Source of the DNA: Leptospiraceae bacterium | GTDB taxonomy: Bacteria > Spirochaetota > Leptospiria > Leptospirales > Leptonemataceae | Reading direction: 5' to 3' | Assembly (NCBI GenBank): GCA_040217195.1 | Contig: JAVJNR010000002.1 | Coordinates: 512,001 to 576,000 of the forward strand | DNA length: 64,000 nucleotides | In this document: positions 9,552 to 18,613 of the stretch, in pieces | How the letters are laid out: the number at the start of each line of letters is the position of its first letter | How positions within the stretch are numbered: position 1 is the first letter of the stretch | The notes under the pieces: model-generated | What the model was told of the DNA's origin: nothing | The model's input: only the letters and a program-made list of their open reading frames with translations | Database searches by the model: none | Position numbers and translations under genes: made by a program

Positions 9552-10508
9552 ATGTATCGCATAAATTGTAATTCTATTGTAACAGTATTGACTTCTGCAT
9601 TGCTAACGTTGTTTTTTGCAACTCAATGCACCGAGCGTCGTGAAGTAGTGATCAAAGGATCAAACACAATGCTCCCTATCATGAAGATAGTAGAGAAGGA
9701 ATACGAAAAAGAAAACCCGGAGATTGATCTTGTTATTTCAGCCCCAGGTTCTGAAGCAGGCATCGATGCATTGACTGCAGGTGAAATTGACATCGCACCA
9801 TCGTCACGGGAGGTGTACCCCGGTGAACTGGACAAACTCAAAGAAAACGGGCCGGTAAAAGTTATGGAAGTGGCATTTGACTGCCTGCTTCTGGTTGTGA
9901 ATCCGGACAATCCTGTAACCTCCCTGCGATTAAAGGAAACTTCCGATGTATTCACGGGAAAAATCAAGAACTGGAAAGACCTGGGTGGACCTGACCTGCC
10001 TATAGTGGTCATGGTCCGAGATGAGAAATCTGGCAGCGCCGACTACTTCAAAGAACATGTTCTCAGGCTCAGGGATCTAGGCGAAGATGCCTATGAAAAG
10101 GCAAGGGAAGAGCAATATTCGGAGGAAGCCCTGGTAGTCAAATCCAACGATGCGATGAGCAAGAAGATTCTCAGTACCAATGGAGCCATTGGATTTATGG
10201 GAATGGGCAGTGCAGAGAAAGTGCATACTAGACTTGTAAAGGCTTTGAACTATGCCAGAGTACCATCGGAACAACCGGTGGCTCCTACCATTGAAAATGT
10301 CTATAATCGTACCTATCGCTTATCCAGACCACTTTACCTGGTATTTAGGCCCGGAACGAATCCAGATGTGGATGCATTTACTGAATGGATGATTTCGGAT
10401 AAGGGGCAAAGACTAATCAAGTCCGCCGGCTACTTGCGCTATACAATGGAAGAGATTCAGGTAATCGAAGAAAGAAAAGCCGAGCAATCCCCGGAAGCCG
10501 AGAATTAA
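9552..10508 (+). CDS. pstS: Phosphate ABC transporter substrate-binding lipoprotein (PstS family)
   Basis: IKGSNTM, GSEAGI, DIAPSSR, NWKDLGG, RDEKSGS, YRLSRPLY; lipobox FATQ-C; GGAGAG RBS. Confidence 0.85.
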   Translation: MYRINCNSIVTVLTSALLTLFFATQCTERREVVIKGSNTMLPIMKIVEKEYEKENPEIDLVISAPGSEAGIDALTAGEIDIAPSSREVYPGELDKLKENGPVKVMEVAFDCLLLVVNPDNPVTSLRLKETSDVFTGKIKNWKDLGGPDLPIVVMVRDEKSGSADYFKEHVLRLRDLGEDAYEKAREEQYSEEALVVKSNDAMSKKILSTNGAIGFMGMGSAEKVHTRLVKALNYARVPSEQPVAPTIENVYNRTYRLSRPLYLVFRPGTNPDVDAFTEWMISDKGQRLIKSAGYLRYTMEEIQVIEERKAEQSPEAEN

Positions 10509-10658
10509 CCCTGCGGGTCAGAATTGTGGCGTTGGGAGGTGCCTGGATTTCCGTTCGAAATAGGTTTGTTTCAGTGTTGCGAACGGACAGAAGGGTCCTT
10601 ACCTAGTTTCATAGCTGAAGGCTCTTTCTGTGGTCTGGTCCAGCGAATGACTGGAACT

Positions 10659-11555
10659 TTAGGTCTTTTTACGGGAAGTCTGTGATTCATAGAAATTGCA
10701 AACATCTTTGGGGCATAGCTCCTGGGTGACTGCATTTCTAAACTCTGTTGCGAAGCATCCCCTAGACTGACTATCCACATTTAAAGATGGATCTGCTTTC
10801 TTCAGTTCTGTAAGGGTACAAAACCTGAGTTCCAGACTGTATCGATTCAGGCCAGATGTATTGGGCATGGTTCCATGCAAATGCCTCGAAGCAAATAACA
10901 ATCCTTCTCCCCGGCGAACCTCTGGGATATAGGCCTTTTCCATTCTCGGTGCATTTGCTGCGGATGGATAAACAGAACCGGTACCTGCGATAACCTGGTC
11001 GCCCTCTTTGCGAAAGGCTTGAAAGCCACCGGACTGATTCCAGTGATCCAGAGAGAAGCTACTGGAATCGTTTTCCACCGCTGAGTCCAGAAATTCAGGG
11101 AAGAAGACGATTCCATTACTTCTGTCGCAACTGGACAGAGGGACCCATAGATTTATCTGACAGGCCGGGTTCGCATAGAAAGTATCTCTGTGCCAACAAA
11201 GTAGCCCTCGTGCCCGGGGATGCTCCTGAAAATTCGGGGGGATGCAGCGAAACCGTACGAGATCAGAATACACATCCTCTAAACTCCATCCGTTTTCTTT
11301 TAGGATCTTTAGAGATAGGTATCGTATTGTCTTCGAGTGAGAGATCTCATTTCGGATTAGGCTCAACCGTTCCAGATAAAGGGAGTTCTCCCGGGGGTCG
11401 AAAATGTTTAGATCCAGAGGATGCCGCTGCAAGATCGAGTGGCACTGCCGGGCAATGGGCTCTATCAATCCACTGCTAAATTGATGTATTTGCCCAGAAT
11501 ATAATATTCTTATGTCTGGCGAGTTCGCATTCGCACTTTCCTTCGAATAGATCAT
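10659..11555 (-). CDS. 2OG-Fe(II) oxygenase, phytanoyl-CoA dioxygenase-like
   Basis: WHRD (HxD), NLWVPL, HLHGTMPN, RYSLELR. Confidence 0.75.
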   Translation of the reverse strand: MIYSKESANANSPDIRILYSGQIHQFSSGLIEPIARQCHSILQRHPLDLNIFDPRENSLYLERLSLIRNEISHSKTIRYLSLKILKENGWSLEDVYSDLVRFRCIPPNFQEHPRARGLLCWHRDTFYANPACQINLWVPLSSCDRSNGIVFFPEFLDSAVENDSSSFSLDHWNQSGGFQAFRKEGDQVIAGTGSVYPSAANAPRMEKAYIPEVRRGEGLLFASRHLHGTMPNTSGLNRYSLELRFCTLTELKKADPSLNVDSQSRGCFATEFRNAVTQELCPKDVCNFYESQTSRKKT

Positions 11556-12271
11556 TTTTTCATGTAGATGGCCCTTTCACTGGCACCCAGCTTTTCAATA
11601 CTGTAACGTAGCATGGTTCGAGGCATTTCAGAAGCATAAATATTTAGAAAACTCCTCAGTCTTGTAATGTCCTTTTTGCCCAGTTCTCTGAGTACCCAAC
11701 CGCAGGCTTTGTGTATCAAATCGTGAGGATGGTTCAAAAAGGATTTGCATAGCTTCAGTGCCGGGTCCATAATATCGTTCCTGATAAGGTAAAGGTTCGT
11801 CACAACAGAGATGCGCTCCTTCCAGAGATTTCCAGACCTGGACAATTCAAATAGTAGACCCTGGTCTTGCAAGCAGACCGGTCCAAGAATCGGACCACAG
11901 GAGAGGTCTACCAGGTCCCAGTTGTTTACGTACTGAAGATTAGATAGATAGAGGTTCCTTAGTTTTTCGCTCATTGTCTCATCAGCTTTTTCCATTTTTC
12001 GGATTAACAACACGAGACCCAGGAATCGGCACTCATGAAATTCATCCTGTAGTAGCTCCTTAATGACGGAGATTGCGATTCGATCTCGCTCAACCTTTCC
12101 TACAGTTCGAATGTCCGGCACGGTAACGCCAAGAAAGCGATCGCCTTCACCATATTGCCCCGGGCCGGTCTTGAAAAACCGAGGATAGAAGGCGGCCTTT
12201 TCCGGCCGAATCTTCGACCTGAGTTCTTTCCTAAACCGGCTGGCAGGAATTGTTTTTTCGTTTGATTGCAA
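11552..12271 (-). CDS. DNA alkylation repair protein, AlkD-like
   Basis: FFKTGPGQYGEGDRFLGVTVP, NNWDLVD, HDLIHKACGWVLRE, MPRTMLRYSIEK. Confidence 0.9.
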   Translation of the reverse strand: MQSNEKTIPASRFRKELRSKIRPEKAAFYPRFFKTGPGQYGEGDRFLGVTVPDIRTVGKVERDRIAISVIKELLQDEFHECRFLGLVLLIRKMEKADETMSEKLRNLYLSNLQYVNNWDLVDLSCGPILGPVCLQDQGLLFELSRSGNLWKERISVVTNLYLIRNDIMDPALKLCKSFLNHPHDLIHKACGWVLRELGKKDITRLRSFLNIYASEMPRTMLRYSIEKLGASERAIYMKK

Positions 12272-12307
12272 ATGCTATCTCCCTGACTGTAATCCGAGGC
12301 TCAGCCT

Positions 12308-14410
12308 ATGCCCCGAAATTTTTTCAAGACGGTTTTCTGGAATGTTGTTATCGCTGTAGCGTATTTCCTGACCGGACTCTGGGGTTTAGATCTTGCATTT
12401 ATTAATTCCAATGTAACACTCATTTGGCCTCCAACAGGGATTGCAATTGCCGGCCTGTTCTTTTTACGCCTTAATGCTGCCCCGGGTATTCTGGCCGGAG
12501 CCCTGATTGCAGATTTATTGAACGGTGCGGATCCTGTAATCGCAACCTGTATAGCGGCTGGTAACACAGTGGGCCTGGTCCTGGGTTATGGTCTTGCCCG
12601 GTCAGCCTTCCGTGGAGCCCCGGATTTCGCACAGGTTCGATTTACAATTTCGTTCATCGTATACGCTGCAATTATAGGCACGATTTTTACCTCCCTGTGG
12701 GGAGTGTCCACTCTGTATCTGGCCAACATCATACAGGGTGGCGCTGTGCTGGAGACCGGGCTGGTATGGTGGATTGGCGATGCAATGGGAGTCCTGATTT
12801 TTGGGGCTCCTTTGCTTTCGGTGTCAAAGATCCGAAAGAAACTCATTACCTGGCCTGGAATTCTGGAGTTTGTATTGTTGCTGGCTTTGGCCTCTGCTGT
12901 AAGTTACGGGGTATTCTTCGCCGCTCTGGGCATTGCATCCCATTATCCACTAATTTTTCTGGTGTTTCCTTTTCTGGTCTGGGCAGCCATTCGGTTCGGT
13001 CCAGACGGAGGATCAATTGTGGTACTTCTGGTGGCGGTCTTCGCTATAAACAGCACAGTTGCAGGACTGGGCCCCTTCGCCGGAGAGGAAATTCATAATA
13101 GCCTTTTGTTCCTCCATACCTATTTGAGTTTGTTTGCCATTACAACTTTGTTCCTGGGCTCCATTCTGGAGGAGAAACGTCAGTATGTTCTGGAGATTTC
13201 TGAAGCCAGGGAACGAGCGGATGAATCAAATCGATTAAAGAGTGAATTTTTGGCGAATATGAGCCATGAGATTCGCACACCCGTAAGTGTTATTCTGGGA
13301 TTTATCGATCTTCTAAAGGATTCAGAGCTCACAGAAGTGGATAGAATTCATCACATCGATACAATACGGCGAAATGGCCACCATCTACTGGCACTGATCA
13401 ACGATATCCTGGATTTGTCCAGAATCGAGGCAGGTAGACTTCCCGTTGAAAAACAAAAGATTGCCCTGGTTGCATTCCTTGAAGAGCTATCAGAACCATT
13501 TCGCCTCCGTGCCCGGGATAAGGGACTTAGTTTTTCGCACAGTAATGAAGGGAATGTTCCTCGATATATTATTAGTGATCCAATGCGGCTGCGACAAATA
13601 CTCTCCAATCTTCTGGGAAATGCGGTAAAGTTTACGGATAGAGGAACCGTGGGGCTTCACTTAACCGCCAACACGGAAGAGAGTGGAACGAATCTACAGT
13701 TTACGGTTACCGATACAGGTCCGGGAATGGACAGCGTTCAAATCAAGAATCTGTTTAAGCCTTTTTCACAGGTAGGTAATTCGCCTCAGAGACGGTTTGG
13801 CGGTGCTGGCCTGGGACTTGCAATCTCCCGGAGGTTGGCCGAGCTGATGCAGGGTCAGCTGGAAGTGGAATCTGCGCCGGACGTAGGCTCCCGTTTTTCC
13901 TTCACGCTTCAACTTTTGCGGGAGGAATGCATCTGGCATGATGATCTTGATACAAAAGAGAAGGGCTCGTCTGGTTTTCCCCAGGGGCAGGGCCGGATTG
14001 TTCTCGGAAACTCCACAAACCGGAAGCCGGAGATTCTGGTTGTAGAAGATACGGAGGATATACAAATATTGATTCGCCGCCAGCTGGAAAGCCTGGGGGC
14101 AATCGTCTTTGAGGCTTACAATGGCAGAGAAGCTCTGGACATTGTAGATGCAAGGAGGGCCCCCGGAAAGGGCGGCCGCTTCGATGTAATACTGATGGAT
14201 ATTCAGATGCCAGTGATGGACGGCTATGAAACGGTTAGCCGTCTCAGAGCCACGGGTTATTCCGGGCGGATCATCGCTATAACGGCCCATGCGATGGAAG
14301 GTGAAGAAAAAAAATGTCTTGCGGCGGGAATGGATGCCTATCTATCCAAACCGGTGGAACGCACAAAGCTCAAGCAAGCGATAGGCCTAAGCGGCGGCAG
14401 AGGCTATTGA
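12308..14410 (+). CDS. MASE1-domain hybrid sensor histidine kinase / response regulator
   Basis: WPPTG, WWIGDAMG; H-box MSHEIRTP, NAVKFT, DTGPG, GAGLGL; receiver MDIQMP. Confidence 0.92.
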   Translation: MPRNFFKTVFWNVVIAVAYFLTGLWGLDLAFINSNVTLIWPPTGIAIAGLFFLRLNAAPGILAGALIADLLNGADPVIATCIAAGNTVGLVLGYGLARSAFRGAPDFAQVRFTISFIVYAAIIGTIFTSLWGVSTLYLANIIQGGAVLETGLVWWIGDAMGVLIFGAPLLSVSKIRKKLITWPGILEFVLLLALASAVSYGVFFAALGIASHYPLIFLVFPFLVWAAIRFGPDGGSIVVLLVAVFAINSTVAGLGPFAGEEIHNSLLFLHTYLSLFAITTLFLGSILEEKRQYVLEISEARERADESNRLKSEFLANMSHEIRTPVSVILGFIDLLKDSELTEVDRIHHIDTIRRNGHHLLALINDILDLSRIEAGRLPVEKQKIALVAFLEELSEPFRLRARDKGLSFSHSNEGNVPRYIISDPMRLRQILSNLLGNAVKFTDRGTVGLHLTANTEESGTNLQFTVTDTGPGMDSVQIKNLFKPFSQVGNSPQRRFGGAGLGLAISRRLAELMQGQLEVESAPDVGSRFSFTLQLLREECIWHDDLDTKEKGSSGFPQGQGRIVLGNSTNRKPEILVVEDTEDIQILIRRQLESLGAIVFEAYNGREALDIVDARRAPGKGGRFDVILMDIQMPVMDGYETVSRLRATGYSGRIIAITAHAMEGEEKKCLAAGMDAYLSKPVERTKLKQAIGLSGGRGY

Positions 14411-14421
14411 AGGGTGTAACG

Positions 14422-15261
14422 ATGAACGAAGGAACAGCAATAAAAACAGCGTATCGAATATCCATTGCTCTGGATGCATTGCTCTTTTCCGGGGCGCTTC
14501 TGGTTACTTTTCTCTGGCTTCTGGGCTATCCGGCTTTCTATTCGGATTCTTCACCAGTGATGTCAGCATTCACTTCTCTTTCCATCCTGTTAATGGTCGG
14601 AAGCCGAATTGCGCGAAAGACATTGTTTGGATGGCCCACAGCTCTGACTCTTGCCGTCAATGGGCTGGTGATGGGGGGAAACATATCCTCCATGCTCATC
14701 CATCTTTCCATGCCTCCTGAGCTACTTTCATCCTTCGATATAGTGCTCACATCTGTAATGACTTCCGTTGGGTTGACTCTGTTCTGTTTTTACGAATTGA
14801 TGGTAGCGCTGCGCGAAACGCCTCAGAGCGCGCTGATTATTGATGACATTCTGCTTCATCTGGCTCTGGTACCGGGCGGTTTGAGCCTTCTGGGAGTTCT
14901 GCTCAATAATCCAACCTACATAAGCGAAGGAAGCGATCCTAGAGTTGGGATTTCGCTTCTGGAGATGGGATTTATGGGCCTCTATGCAGTTTCAGCAGTT
15001 GTATCCAACCAACATCTATTTTTATGGCAATTTCTGGCTGCCTCCTGGGCCAATCGTTGGATCTTCCTGGCTTTGTTTGCAAACCAGTTTATCGCACCGC
15101 TGGTCGTAGCTTATCTCTTTATCGGTGTGACCGGGAATAGTGCCGGTCCCGGTTTGGAACTATTTGTACTTCTGGCTGGAGTCATAGCCACAGTTACTTT
15201 TCTGGCCATGCAAGCCTATCTGCAGCGCCGAAAGGGAACAGAAAAGCCAGAAACACTGTAA
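14422..15261 (+). CDS. Multi-pass membrane protein, hypothetical
   Basis: About 8 hydrophobic segments; ATG 14422 lies 11 bp after the kinase stop. Confidence 0.75.
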   Translation: MNEGTAIKTAYRISIALDALLFSGALLVTFLWLLGYPAFYSDSSPVMSAFTSLSILLMVGSRIARKTLFGWPTALTLAVNGLVMGGNISSMLIHLSMPPELLSSFDIVLTSVMTSVGLTLFCFYELMVALRETPQSALIIDDILLHLALVPGGLSLLGVLLNNPTYISEGSDPRVGISLLEMGFMGLYAVSAVVSNQHLFLWQFLAASWANRWIFLALFANQFIAPLVVAYLFIGVTGNSAGPGLELFVLLAGVIATVTFLAMQAYLQRRKGTEKPETL

Positions 15262-15374
15262 TCTTTCTGCCGCACTCGATAGGGCGAATTCTTACTTTCA
15301 GCCGACCGTGGTTCAATGTATGCTGAATCCTGAAACTACGGTTCTGCATTGACAGCACACAGGCCTTCCATGCG

Positions 15375-16589
15375 ATGAAGCATCCCATGTCTTCCTCTCA
15401 GGAACAGAGCCGACCGCTGCACGGCATCCTACCCGCATTTAAAGATCAAAAGATTGAACGAGACTTTCTGCGTGCAGATGCACGCAGGACCAGGCGTTTT
15501 ATTCGGATGCTGGCTCTTCTGGGCCTGATGATTTCGGCCCTCACATGGCAGGGAGCTCTGGAACCACTGGGTCATAGGCCCAATGCATTATTCATTTCTG
15601 CAGTTCTGCGTGCCGCTTACGCATTGCTCTGCATCACTTTGTTCTGGTACAGTCAGAGGGATACCTCTATATTTCGAGTGTATCATTTTACCACGGCCAT
15701 TTACCTGGGATCCCTTCTCATTGTAACCCTGCGAATGTCGGCCATGGAGCAGTACGAATCTGGTCTGTTCTGGGAGGTTTTTTTTGTAAGCAGGGATGGC
15801 CTGATTTCCTGGATTGTAGTAAGCGCTGCTGTATTGCTTTTTGTTCCCGGGCACTATCCATATAATGTAGCCATTTCGTTTCTGGGTTTCATTTTCTGCT
15901 ATTCTATGATGCTCAAATCCGGTGCAGAGCATCCCTTACAGGCAATCTATGTCTTCGGTACCGCTTATTTGATCACTCTTGCAATGAGTGGGCATTTTCA
16001 AAGGTTGCAGAGAAAGCATTATCAGCTGGTCTTGGATCTGCAGGATGCCAATGGCCGGCTGGAGCATCTGGCCAGCACCGATGCTCTCACCAGTATTATG
16101 AATCGCAGAAGCTTTGTGGATGCACTGGAAAGGGAATACAGACGTTGTATGCGCCATAAAGAGGATCTGGCTTTGGTTCTATTTGACCTGGATTACTTCA
16201 AAGAAATCAATGATACACATGGGCACCCTGCCGGGGATGCAGTGTTGAGGACTATGGCCCAGGCCGTACTTGAACAAATTCGAAAGGAAGATTACTTTGC
16301 ACGGCTGGGTGGCGAAGAGTTTGCATTATTGCTTCCAGAGACGGATCCACCCCATGCAAATCAATTCTCGGAGCGGATTCGTCAAACAATTGAGAATCTT
16401 CGCGTAGCATTTCAGAATACTCAAATAGCTGTTACCGCAAGTTTCGGCGTTACTTACCTCCATTCAAAAGATGAGGATGAAGACTCCGTCCTTATTCGCG
16501 CAGATCGAGCGTTATACGAAGCCAAGAAGAAAGGCCGAAACAAGGTAATGGTTCTTGAATACGGCGAATCGCAGGCCGCAAGCGATTGA
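15375..16589 (+). CDS. Membrane-bound diguanylate cyclase (GGDEF)
   Basis: TDALT, DLDYFK, GHPAGD, RxxD I-site RKED, GGEEF. Confidence 0.92.
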   Translation: MKHPMSSSQEQSRPLHGILPAFKDQKIERDFLRADARRTRRFIRMLALLGLMISALTWQGALEPLGHRPNALFISAVLRAAYALLCITLFWYSQRDTSIFRVYHFTTAIYLGSLLIVTLRMSAMEQYESGLFWEVFFVSRDGLISWIVVSAAVLLFVPGHYPYNVAISFLGFIFCYSMMLKSGAEHPLQAIYVFGTAYLITLAMSGHFQRLQRKHYQLVLDLQDANGRLEHLASTDALTSIMNRRSFVDALEREYRRCMRHKEDLALVLFDLDYFKEINDTHGHPAGDAVLRTMAQAVLEQIRKEDYFARLGGEEFALLLPETDPPHANQFSERIRQTIENLRVAFQNTQIAVTASFGVTYLHSKDEDEDSVLIRADRALYEAKKKGRNKVMVLEYGESQAASD

Positions 16590-16627
16590 TCCTGATTTCA
16601 CGGATTCGATCCTCTCTACTCCCAACG

Positions 16628-16882
16628 TTAGTTTAGAGCCTTGTTGATCAGCTCCCGGATCTTCTCCACCGAAGGCAAAGGTTTTCCCTGGTGCGCAACC
16701 TCACCGTTTATTACCAGCCCTGGTGTGGCGAAAATGGGAAAAGCTTGAATATCCTCCATCTTGTCCAGGTATTCAAGTTCTACACTACCGTCAGGCAGGG
16801 AGAGCTCTTCTACAGCTTGCTGCACCGCTTTATGCAAGTTTTTACAATTCTGGCAGCCGGGGCCCAGTACCTTAATATTCAT
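16628..16882 (-). CDS. Small thioredoxin-like redox-active disulfide protein
   Basis: IKVLGPGCQNC, TPGLVINGE; AGGAGG RBS. Confidence 0.9.
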   Translation of the reverse strand: MNIKVLGPGCQNCKNLHKAVQQAVEELSLPDGSVELEYLDKMEDIQAFPIFATPGLVINGEVAHQGKPLPSVEKIRELINKALN

Positions 16883-17025
16883 TTGTGCCTCCTAGAAAAA
16901 TATAGAATTCCTGGATTGCAATTGGGCGGCTCCACCGGAGGAAGCGCCGATGCTTCAACTGTCCCGGATTATTTGGGGCTTCATTGGCCGGCCTGGACGG
17001 AAATAGTCCCTGGCTAAGAAACGGT

Positions 17026-18183
17026 TCAAATAGCTCCAAAGAAATATCCGGCCAGTGTCGAGAACAAGATTACCAGTAATGCGTATACCACAGTTTTCTT
17101 CCATCCCATAATGCTCCTTAGAGCCAACAGAGAGGGAAGGCTGATGGCAGGGCCCGCCAGCAGAAGAGATAGGGCTGGTCCTTTGCCCATCCCGGCGCCC
17201 AGAAGTCCCTGGAGAATAGGGATTTCTGTAAGAGTGGCAAAATACATCAATGCGCCGGACAGGGATGCGAAGAGACATGCCTGAAAGCTTTCGCCTCCAA
17301 CCAGGCTTTCTATATAATGGGCGGGAATCAAGCCAGCTTCGGTCCCCGGTCGGCCCAGAAGCCAACCGGCCACAAATACACCTATAAAAAGATAGGGTAC
17401 AATCAATTTTGTGAAGCTCCAGGTTTCCTCCATCCAGGTCCTTCGTTCATCCCTCCGGAAAAAGATCATACTGGAAAGTAGAACCAGTCCCAGAAAGCCT
17501 GCTGCCAGCCACCACTTGATGGAGTAGATGAAGCTGTAGAATGTACCAAACTCTTCGGGGGCGGACAAGGTGGCCGCCAGGAGAAAGCCAATCAAGGAAA
17601 GAAAAAGAACCATATCCTGCCAGAGTGGTCGTTCCCTTACGCCCTGGATTGGTACGACTGATGCTTCTTCATTTGACGGGAATAGCAGTTGCATGATCCA
17701 CCCAATGCCGGCTGCAAATAAGACCGATACAGCGAATCGTACAGCGCCCAGCTCCCAACCAAGAATGCGGGCTGTGAGTATGATAGCCAGGACATTGATC
17801 GCCGGCCCAGAATAGAGGAATGCTATTGCCGGTCCCAGTCCGGCTCCCCGGCGATAAATGCTGGAAAAGAGAGGAAGTACGGTGCAGGAGCAAACGGCCA
17901 ACATCGTACCGGAAACCGAAGCCACCGAATAGGAAATCCAGGCTGAAACCCCGCCGGCAAAATACTTAATAATCGCTACCTGGGATACGAAGGCGGCCAC
18001 AGCGCCTGCAATGAACAGTGCAGGTACCAGACAGGTAAGGGTATGCTCTCGGATATAATCCTGGAGCATGAAGAATCCTTCCAGAAGAGCTCGGCTAGCG
18101 TCCGGACTATTCAGCGGATACAGGAAGATGAGTGCGAAGGCACCCAGCAGATAAACTAGCTTTTTGACTTCATCGGAAAGCAT
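17026..18183 (-). CDS. ArsP / DUF318 family permease
   Basis: HTLTCLVPA, LAVCSCTVLP, FLYSGPAIN, MYFATLTEIP. Confidence 0.88.
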   Translation of the reverse strand: MLSDEVKKLVYLLGAFALIFLYPLNSPDASRALLEGFFMLQDYIREHTLTCLVPALFIAGAVAAFVSQVAIIKYFAGGVSAWISYSVASVSGTMLAVCSCTVLPLFSSIYRRGAGLGPAIAFLYSGPAINVLAIILTARILGWELGAVRFAVSVLFAAGIGWIMQLLFPSNEEASVVPIQGVRERPLWQDMVLFLSLIGFLLAATLSAPEEFGTFYSFIYSIKWWLAAGFLGLVLLSSMIFFRRDERRTWMEETWSFTKLIVPYLFIGVFVAGWLLGRPGTEAGLIPAHYIESLVGGESFQACLFASLSGALMYFATLTEIPILQGLLGAGMGKGPALSLLLAGPAISLPSLLALRSIMGWKKTVVYALLVILFSTLAGYFFGAI

Positions 18184-18346
18184 GAATGATAGTATACTGT
18201 ATTCATCTTGAGGGAACGCCAGAAATCCAGTAGCTCCCTTCCATTGTTCCGGGAGTGCCCTCGGGGCAATGCCCCAAACCCATTTCAGGTTCCGTAGATA
18301 ATTGAAACGCGGCTAAAGGAGATTCCGATTTTCTGAGGATTATGGT

Positions 18347-18360
18347 AATATTGCAATATT
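18347..18360. promoter_or_regulatory. Perfect 14-bp palindrome AATATTGCAATATT, possible ArsR/SmtB-type operator
   Basis: Self-complementary; in the intergenic region upstream of the permease. Confidence 0.4.
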
Positions 18361-18556
18361 GCGAAAATTAGATCAGGCCCTGGAGATGACCACAATTATT
18401 TGCCAATCATACAGGAAGGTCTATCCGGGGCCCTGACTTAATCAATGCCTCAGCGGATATATCTATAGATAGTACTGCCCGGCCCTCTTCGACGGCAGGT
18501 TATGCATATAGGGCAAGTCCATCTGACTGAAGCCAGGCGGTCTGGTTATGCCGGGG

Positions 18557-18585
18557 AAAAGAAAAGGCCGCCCAATTGGGCGGCC
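18557..18585 (-). terminator. Rho-independent terminator after the TonB-dependent receptor
   Basis: GGCCGCCC-AATT-GGGCGGCC followed on the minus strand by TTTTCTTTT. Confidence 0.85.
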
Positions 18586-18613
18586 GGCCGATTCGCATCA
18601 TGCGATTTTATAA

